Positions 16,082 through 22,270 of a DNA stretch of 34,775 bases are shown piece by piece. Within the stretch, counting starts at the first letter, position 1, and every line of letters begins with the position of its first letter. Source of the DNA: an uncultured Desulfobacca sp. GTDB taxonomy: Bacteria > Desulfobacterota > Desulfobaccia > Desulfobaccales > 0-14-0-80-60-11. The translations under genes and the position numbers were made by a program. The notes under the pieces were generated by a model. The model saw only the letters and a program-made list of their open reading frames with translations, did no database searches and was not told where the DNA came from. The DNA is taken from assembly GCA_964398095.1 (NCBI GenBank), contig CAYNMI010000001.1, positions 1 through 34,775 of the forward strand, given 5' to 3'.

Positions 16082-17137
16082 TTATAGAGGACTCAGCCGG
16101 GGCAGGGTAAAAAAGAAGGTAGTGCCCCGGCTCGGATTGCTGGCCACCCAGATGCGGCCGCCGTGGGCGTCGATGATGCGCTTGACGATGGCCAGGCCCA
16201 GACCCAGGCCGCATTCCCTGGCGGAGCTATTCCCGCGATAGAGCAGTTCAAAGAGGTGGGCCTGGTCTTTCGGGGCAATTCCCGGACCCTGGTCTTGCAC
16301 CGAAAACTGCGCCTCGGTCCCCAAATCCCGGACCTCTAAGAAAATTAAACTCTGGGGCGGCGAATATTTAATGGCATTCTCCAACAGGTTGGCTAAAGCC
16401 CGCTGCAACAAGAGGGGATCGGCCTGGACCACCAAGGGGTCCGGGGGAAACTCGGTCTGCAAGGTTATCCCCTTGGCGTCGGCCAGAGGTTGAATCTGAC
16501 TGACCGCCTCCTGGCATTCCTCTTCCACCTGGACCGCGCTGGTGAGAGGCGTGATGAGGTGGAGATCCAGCCGGACATAATCGAGAAAGTTATTGATCAG
16601 CTTTTCCAACCGGCTGATTTCCTGGCTGATGGTCTGGATGTAAGCCGCCTGGGCTTCGGCCAGGGCGCCCACCTTGCCCTGGCCCAAACGCCTTAAGAGG
16701 CCGGCCGCCGCCACCACCGGGGTCTTCAGGTCGTGGGCGAACATGCCCACCAGTTGGCGGCGTTCATGCTCCAAACGCTTGAATAAGCCGATGTCCCTGA
16801 AGCTCTCCACTCCCCCCAGAAGGTTGCCCTGATCATCCCGTAAGGCCGACGCGGCCAGCATTACCTCGATCTTTTGGCCCTGGCGGTTTTGCAGGACCGC
16901 TTCCCGGCTCACCACCTCGCCGGAGTTCATGGCGGTTTTTAAGGGACATTCCTTGCCGCACAAACTGCTCCGCAGCACTTCGCCGCAATGTTTCCCCAGG
17001 GCCTTCTTCCGGACAAGCCCCGTGAGCTTTTCTCCGGCCCGATTGAGGTCGGTGACCTGCAAGCGCCCGTCCACGGTGATAATGCCGTCGGGCAGGCTCT
17101 GGATAATGAAATGCGGCCAATCACCGAGATCGCCCAT
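16082..17137 (-). CDS. cytoplasmic PAS sensor histidine kinase
   Basis: PAS domain (LPDGIITVDGRLQVTDLNRAGEKLTG) with the same C-x8-C-x3-CP motif (CGEVLRSSLCGKECP). H-box FAHDLKTP, N-box LLENAIKYS, G-boxes DQGPGI and GLGLGLAIV. No TM segment seen. Confidence 0.9.
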   Translation of the reverse strand: MGDLGDWPHFIIQSLPDGIITVDGRLQVTDLNRAGEKLTGLVRKKALGKHCGEVLRSSLCGKECPLKTAMNSGEVVSREAVLQNRQGQKIEVMLAASALRDDQGNLLGGVESFRDIGLFKRLEHERRQLVGMFAHDLKTPVVAAAGLLRRLGQGKVGALAEAQAAYIQTISQEISRLEKLINNFLDYVRLDLHLITPLTSAVQVEEECQEAVSQIQPLADAKGITLQTEFPPDPLVVQADPLLLQRALANLLENAIKYSPPQSLIFLEVRDLGTEAQFSVQDQGPGIAPKDQAHLFELLYRGNSSARECGLGLGLAIVKRIIDAHGGRIWVASNPSRGTTFFFTLPRLSPL

Positions 17138-17153
17138 GAGAAACCTGCTGCCG

Positions 17154-17184
17154 CCCCGTTCCCCGGTTTACCCGGGGAACGGGG
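17154..17184 (-). other. perfect 13-bp GC-rich stem-loop between the DUF5320-like gene and the kinase gene
   Basis: CCCCGTTCCCCGG (17154-17166), loop tttac, CCGGGGAACGGGG (17172-17184). It starts 9 nt after the upstream stop. No clear U-tract on the minus strand, so it is not a canonical intrinsic terminator. Confidence 0.5.
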
Positions 17185-17192
17185 CCTTGAGA

Positions 17193-17528
17193 TTACGGTT
17201 GGGTGCCTTCCATTTCTTGGAGACGTTTCTGGACTGCCTCCAGTTCACTCTTCAAAGCGGCTGCCTCGGCCCGGAGGGCCGCCGCGTCATCGGGGAGAGA
17301 GCCGGCCGCGGCAGGCCCAGGCCCGAAAGGGCCATAGCCTCCGGGACCATAGCCGCGCCGGAAACCGCCACCAAAACCATAACCGGGGCCCATACCCCAG
17401 ACACCGCGGCCCAAACCCCGGCCGCCGCCACGCATACCGCCACGGCGCATACCCGCGCCACAGGGACCCCGGCCCCAGCCGGTGCCCGGTCCCTGACCCC
17501 ACGGTCCGGTTGCATTGAAACCTGGCAT
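17193..17528 (-). CDS. DUF5320-like Gly/Arg-rich protein with a C-terminal coiled-coil
   Basis: Track ORF 17193..17597 (-), trimmed to the ATG at 17528 (GGAGG RBS 8 nt upstream). Sequence MPGFNATGPWGQGPGTGWGRGPCGAGMRRGG..., then AALRAEAAALKSELEAVQKRLQEME. This layout matches my recollection of the DUF5320 family. Confidence 0.7.
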   Translation of the reverse strand: MPGFNATGPWGQGPGTGWGRGPCGAGMRRGGMRGGGRGLGRGVWGMGPGYGFGGGFRRGYGPGGYGPFGPGPAAAGSLPDDAAALRAEAAALKSELEAVQKRLQEMEGTQP

Positions 17529-17647
17529 ATTCATTACCTCCTTGCCCTGAATTCTTGGGCTTTTCACAGACTCACTTCCCTGGCGTGCACGATGCAATCA
17601 AGCCAGTCCAACCATTCCAGGATTGGTTAAGCAAAGCCCCGGTGCTT

Positions 17648-18007
17648 TCACCAGTGACCCGAGACATTCGGGCCCGGGGCCGGGCTCAGTTTACCCCCGC
17701 GGTACTGCTGGACCGCCTCCCGCACTACCCCAACCACCCCCAGGACCACCGGGATGCCGGCCGCCTGCAGCGTCTGGTAGGCCTTGGGGCCGCAGTTCCC
17801 CGTCAGCACCACCTGCGGCCGGTGGCGGGCCACCAGGGCCGCGGCCTGAATGCCCGCGCCCCGGGCCATCTGGAGGCTTTGCTGGTTGGGCACCACCTCA
17901 AACTCCAGGTTGTCCGGGTTAATGAGAAGAAAGTAGGGGGCCCGCCCGAAACGGGGATCCACCTGGGCCTCCAGGTCAGGCCCGCCGGCGCTTACGGCAA
18001 TTTTCAT
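17648..18007 (-). CDS. NifX / NifB-C-terminal-like (dinitrogenase FeMo-cofactor-binding fold) protein
   Basis: 119-aa ORF MKIAVSAGGPDLEAQVDPRFGRAPYFLLINPD...VVLTGNCGPKAYQTLQAAGIPV. These are the typical blocks of this small alpha/beta family. AAGGAG RBS. Confidence 0.8.
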   Translation of the reverse strand: MKIAVSAGGPDLEAQVDPRFGRAPYFLLINPDNLEFEVVPNQQSLQMARGAGIQAAALVARHRPQVVLTGNCGPKAYQTLQAAGIPVVLGVVGVVREAVQQYRGGKLSPAPGPNVSGHW

Positions 18008-18377
18008 GGTTAACTCCTTATCTCCACTTGCAGGTCAAGATTGAGGCTTCCCCCGGGGCGGGAGGGAAAGAGGGAGGAGGTTATCCATGCCGAGTTGGAT
18101 TTTCAGATAACCACCCTCCCGCTAGCCGGGGGAAAGTTTAGGTCAGGACGGCGCCGCCATCTACGCCCAACGAAACCGCCTTAAGGGTCATGCGGCCCGG
18201 CGTGCAGGATGCCCACTCCTTGGCCACCGAATTCTCCACGACTCACCCCATGGCCTGGCAGGGGACCGTGGGGTTTGACAATGGCTGCGCATCTCACGAC
18301 TTCCCGTTGATTGCCGCGGCATCCCCGCAAGGGCTGATGCCGCTTTCAGGCCTCTTAATTATTCACTATAGGTTATA

Positions 18378-18393
18378 ATCAAAAATCGTGCCA
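18378..18393 (-). promoter_or_regulatory. weak sigma-54-like site TGGCACGATTTTTGAT (perfect -24, imperfect -12)
   Basis: The reverse complement of 18378-18393. The -24 box TGGCACG is consensus, but the -12 box has GA instead of GC. It lies about 370 nt upstream of the NifX-like gene. Low confidence. Confidence 0.2.
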
Positions 18394-18682
18394 GCCAAGC
18401 TGGAACCCGGCTGAACGGCTCGTATGATCCTGGGTGGGCCATTTATGGCTGATATTGGGGACAAATTGCACCCAAATCGATTTTCCAAGGCGTCAAAATA
18501 TTCCCATTGAGATGGCAAGATGGTGCGAAGGGAATAGTGAGGGATGGCGGGCTTGCCTTCCCGGGGGTCACCGGCGGCGCAGAGCCTAAATCTCTGGCTC
18601 CGGGCCGCCAAGGCCCCCATCGAGCTGGTCTGGCTGGTCCCGCCCTTGCCGCCCCCTGGTAATCGCAGGTAAGTCCTCCGGC

Positions 18683-19345
18683 TCAGCCCCGCACCATGGA
18701 TTGGCCGCACTGGGGACATTTCACCTGCATGCAGGGAATCCCGCGCTCATGGGGAGCGCTGGCGCCGCAAGCCGGACAGCGGCAGACATCCTGCACTCCC
18801 GCCCCCTGGCCCGTGCCTGGCGCCCTGGCCCCGCCGCCCTGAACCCGGCACTGGCCGCGCCCTCCGCCTTGCCCCTGGCCCCCGCCTTGCCTTTGGCCCT
18901 GGCCTCCGCCTTGTCCTCTACCGCCCCTTCCGCCTGGCATGGTATCTTTTCCTCCTGGTTGATTGTTTTGAGGTGAGTCATCCGGGTTCCGGCAACCCTG
19001 GCGGTAGCGCCTGGGCCCCCGGCATCCCGGCAGCCAAAACTCCGGTTCTCCCAGGCGGTCTTCCCGATAGGCCCTGAGAACCTCGTCCACTGCGCCCGCC
19101 ACCCCAGAGATCACCCTCAACCCCTGGTGCCTCGCGCCATACAGTAATTCGAGGCTCAAAGCGCCGCAGATCAGGGTGTCGACCCCTTTTTGCCGCAACA
19201 CTTTGAGACGGTCCAGGGCCTCCATATCCGGAAACCGCAGTTCCTCCTCCGGTCCCTCCCCCGAGTCGTCAGGGAAGATGAGAATCCGAGAACACCAGTT
19301 CAACACCGGCGCCACCCGAGTCCACATAACCGGTATGGCGATCAT
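18683..19345 (-). CDS. NifX-like domain fused to a Gly/Gln/Arg-rich linker and a C-terminal double CxxC zinc-ribbon-like tail
   Basis: Track ORF 18683..19381 (-). Start tentatively at the ATG at 19345 (MIAIPV...). N-terminal part has VDTLICGALS and GLRVISGVAG, consistent with a NifX-like fold. Then MPGGRGGRGQGGGQGQRQGGGQGQGGGRGQ, then CRCPACG...CMQVKCPQCG. Confidence 0.65.
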   Translation of the reverse strand: MIAIPVMWTRVAPVLNWCSRILIFPDDSGEGPEEELRFPDMEALDRLKVLRQKGVDTLICGALSLELLYGARHQGLRVISGVAGAVDEVLRAYREDRLGEPEFWLPGCRGPRRYRQGCRNPDDSPQNNQPGGKDTMPGGRGGRGQGGGQGQRQGGGQGQGGGRGQCRVQGGGARAPGTGQGAGVQDVCRCPACGASAPHERGIPCMQVKCPQCGQSMVRG

Positions 19346-19987
19346 GCCTGTCCCCAGCCATGGGGTTCTGGAAATCGGCAATATTTCCTCACAGGGTCAC
19401 TCCCGGAACAACCTGATGACCAACTTCATTCGCATCTTACCTAAGCAGGTTATGTGCCAACCCTGATGGTTGCTGGGAATCGCACCTGCCGGGAGACCAT
19501 CGCCGGGCCAACTGGGGACAAAATGTCCCCACTCCGTTGCCGGACCACGAGGAGAGCAGCCAGGGCCCGGACGCCCCGGCAGCTTGCCCAGCCCAACCCC
19601 TCAGGGGGCGCCGCCTGCCGGGATTCGGGGGCCTTGCCGGCCCCGCCACCAAGATGACGGATACTCTCGCAAAGAAAACCCGGGACCCCATCTGCAGGGC
19701 CGAATGAACCGCGCGGTTCACGTCCGGTTCCGGGACGGCGGGGGGGTCGGATTTCCCCCACCCCACTGGATGATGCAAGGGCAGAATTGCTCAGGATGGC
19801 TGTATCGGCTGGAGAAAAATCCGCGCTAAGCGGCGCCGATCCTCACGCTAGCCGGGGCCGCACCTGCCGGCGGGCCCCCACTCTGCGGGATCACGCCCGC
19901 CAACCCATCAAAATTTCCCCCGGCAAGTTATCGGGCGGGACCGCTTCACTGGACTTTTTCAGGCTGCCAGGCCTCGTGAGAATTTTC

Positions 19988-20003
19988 TGGCATAGAAATT
20001 GCT
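19988..20003 (+). promoter_or_regulatory. sigma-54 promoter of the cluster-2 activator gene: TGGCATAGAAATTGCT
   Basis: Canonical GG (19989-19990) and GC (20001-20002) spacing. About 120 nt upstream of the activator start. The 16-mer is identical to the minus-strand site at 15950-15965. Confidence 0.6.
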
Positions 20004-20122
20004 CATTAAAAATATCGTATTAAGATCAACATATTGTATCCTGTGGAGGGGAAAGCTTAAGGAAGTTAACCCCACGCCGACTAAGCCCTTCTTTCGTCCT
20101 GAGCCACTTGGGGGCAAGCGCC

Positions 20123-21799
20123 ATGGATGCCGATTGTGGAGTATTGGTGGTAAGCCGCCACGGCAGACTGTTGGCCGCCAATTCCCTGGCGGAGTCCCTT
20201 CTCGATTGCCCTCTGCCCTCCGGTAGTCACTTAGATGATAGCTTGCTGGCCCGTTCCCTCACCCGGCATGGCCATCCCATCTGGGAAATGCTGAGCTGCG
20301 GGGAGGAAGAACAGGGACTTTTGCAAGCCGACGACGCCGTGGGTACCGGCATTTTCTATAGGTGCATCCCCCTTTACAACGAAGACAATATGGTCACGGG
20401 CACGGTCATCACCCTGGAAAGAAGGACCGACGAAGCCCTGAGCCAGGCGTTGCAATTCTTGGGGCTGACGCACGATGAGATCATGGACCAGTTCCCGGAG
20501 GGGGTGTTCGTGATCAACACCCTGTGGCAGCTCAGTTATTTTAATAAGACCGCCCAGGAAATCACCGGGTATTCCCGAGACGAAGCCATGGGCAAGTTCT
20601 GCTGGGAAATCTTCCGGAGTGAGCTCTGCCACAAGAAATGCCCCATGAATGTCTCTATGAGCACCGGCCAAACCCTTTTGGATCAGGAGGTGGAAATCCT
20701 CACCAAGTCTGGTCAAAAACGCATGGTTCTGGTGAATAGCGCCCAGATCAAAAACCCGGGCCACAAAGTCCTGGGAGGGGTGGAAACCTTTCATGACCTG
20801 AGTTGCTTCCAGTATCCCGCGGAAATGAAGGACCGGGGGGTTTTTGCGGACATCGTCGGGGTCAGTCCCCAGATGCAGGAAATTATCCAGAGACTTCCCG
20901 TCATCGCCGCCTCGGATTCCAATGTGCTGATCCTGGGCGAGTCGGGCACCGGCAAGGAGCTCATCGCCCGGGCCATTCACCTGCTGAGTCCCAGGCGGAA
21001 AGCGCCCTTTCAGGTCGTCAATTGTTCGGCGATCCCGGAGACTTTATTGGAATCCGAGCTTTTTGGCTATGAGCGGGGGGCCTTCACCGGGGCCGTGGGC
21101 AGTAAGCCGGGGAAGTTCGAGTTGGCTCGGGGCGGCACGCTTTTCCTCGATGAAATCGGCGACCTCCGGTCGGAACTGCAGGTAAAGCTGCTGCGGGTGT
21201 TGGAGGATAGGGCCTTCGAGCGGGTGGGGGGCAACCGGAAAATTCCCCTGGAGGCCAGGATCATCGCGGCCACCAATGTGGAGTTGCTGGAAGCCATGCG
21301 CCAGGGCCGGTTCCGGGACGACCTTTACTACCGGCTGTTCACCGTACCCATCCACCTGCCGCCCCTCCGGGACAAGCGGGAAGATATTCCCATTCTGGTC
21401 AAGTACTTCCTGGAACAGCTCAACCACAAGTTTAACAAGAGAATCCGGGGGGTGGACCCCAAGGTGATGAAACTTTTCTGCCGTCACCCCTGGCCCGGCA
21501 ATGTGCGGGAACTGGAGCATGTCCTGGAATACTGCTTCGTCTTTGCCAAGGGTCCTTTAATTACCGAGCGTCATCTGCCGCACCTGGAAAGCGCCTGGCC
21601 CGGCCGGGAACTGGAGGGCGTCGATAGGTCCCTCAGCCCCTTGCAGGTGCTGGAACGGGAAACCATTATCAAGGCCCTGGAGCAGGCGTATGGGAGCAAG
21701 CAGGAGGCGGCTCGCCTGCTGCAAATCAGCCGCAGCAAATTATGGAGAAAGATCAAGGCTTATCAGATTGAGGCGGTTGATTTCAAAGTGAAACATTAA
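20123..21799 (+). CDS. sigma-54-dependent transcriptional activator (extra N-terminal PAS-like region - Cys-PAS - AAA+ - HTH), paralog of 14373..15773
   Basis: Track ORF 20108..21799, trimmed to the first ATG (20123). [67 protein letters not shown], and HTH QEAARLLQISRSKLWRKIK. Collinear with the other activator over its whole length. Confidence 0.9.
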   Translation: MDADCGVLVVSRHGRLLAANSLAESLLDCPLPSGSHLDDSLLARSLTRHGHPIWEMLSCGEEEQGLLQADDAVGTGIFYRCIPLYNEDNMVTGTVITLERRTDEALSQALQFLGLTHDEIMDQFPEGVFVINTLWQLSYFNKTAQEITGYSRDEAMGKFCWEIFRSELCHKKCPMNVSMSTGQTLLDQEVEILTKSGQKRMVLVNSAQIKNPGHKVLGGVETFHDLSCFQYPAEMKDRGVFADIVGVSPQMQEIIQRLPVIAASDSNVLILGESGTGKELIARAIHLLSPRRKAPFQVVNCSAIPETLLESELFGYERGAFTGAVGSKPGKFELARGGTLFLDEIGDLRSELQVKLLRVLEDRAFERVGGNRKIPLEARIIAATNVELLEAMRQGRFRDDLYYRLFTVPIHLPPLRDKREDIPILVKYFLEQLNHKFNKRIRGVDPKVMKLFCRHPWPGNVRELEHVLEYCFVFAKGPLITERHLPHLESAWPGRELEGVDRSLSPLQVLERETIIKALEQAYGSKQEAARLLQISRSKLWRKIKAYQIEAVDFKVKH

Positions 21800-21945
21800 G
21801 CTCGTTTTCGCGACATTCTTTAAAAAGATAATCATTGAATATTTCAAATAAAAATTAATGTGCGCATGAAATTGTTTTAATTCCGCTCATTTTCTCCTTT
21901 TCTCTCGGGCTGGCTTTTTTCTCTCTTTGAACCCTTTTTAAAATT

Positions 21946-22006
21946 TTGCGACATTTTTATATATTATAACTAATTGATATTTCGATTAATTATCAATATG
22001 TCGCAT
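21946..22006 (+). promoter_or_regulatory. candidate activator-binding (UAS) inverted pair TTGCGACAT ... ATGTCGCAT upstream of the cluster-2 sigma-54 promoter
   Basis: TTGCGACAT (21946-21954) and its inverted partner ATGTCGCAT (21998-22006) flank an AT-rich segment containing ATTGATA/TATCAAT. A third copy, TCGCGACAT, is at 21808-21816. Related copies occur upstream of cluster 1 (complement of 14348-14355 and 14192-14199). Confidence 0.3.
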
Positions 22007-22095
22007 AAAGTGTCTTAATTCCGACTATTTTTAGGCCAAATCAGGCTTTTGAGCCTATCAGATAAATTTCCATTATATCAATTAGTTAAGTTATT

Positions 22096-22111
22096 TGGTC
22101 TCTTCTTTGCA
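22096..22111 (+). promoter_or_regulatory. sigma-54 promoter of cluster 2: TGGTCTCTTCTTTGCA
   Basis: GG at 22097-22098 and GC at 22109-22110, with canonical spacing. About 160 nt upstream of the hdrL ATG. An IHF-like match TATCAATTAGTTA (22076-22088) lies just upstream. Confidence 0.55.
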
Positions 22112-22270
22112 CTGCTTGTGCGCATAAAGGCTCAAACCAGAGACAGAGGCCAGGATTATGAGCGGGATGGACCGTCCCTAGCAGGGCCCTGGAATCCGGA
22201 GCGCCGGGATCACCCCTCTTCCGGGTCAGGGGGCACCATAACAACCAGGCAAGGTTCTTCAGGGGGCGCT

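Noticed and set aside
18366-18719. 117-aa minus-strand ORF in the 675-bp gap
   Set aside because: It overlaps the 3' end of the upstream gene in another frame, has no recognisable motif or RBS, and has an odd composition. The gap is reported as unexplained instead.
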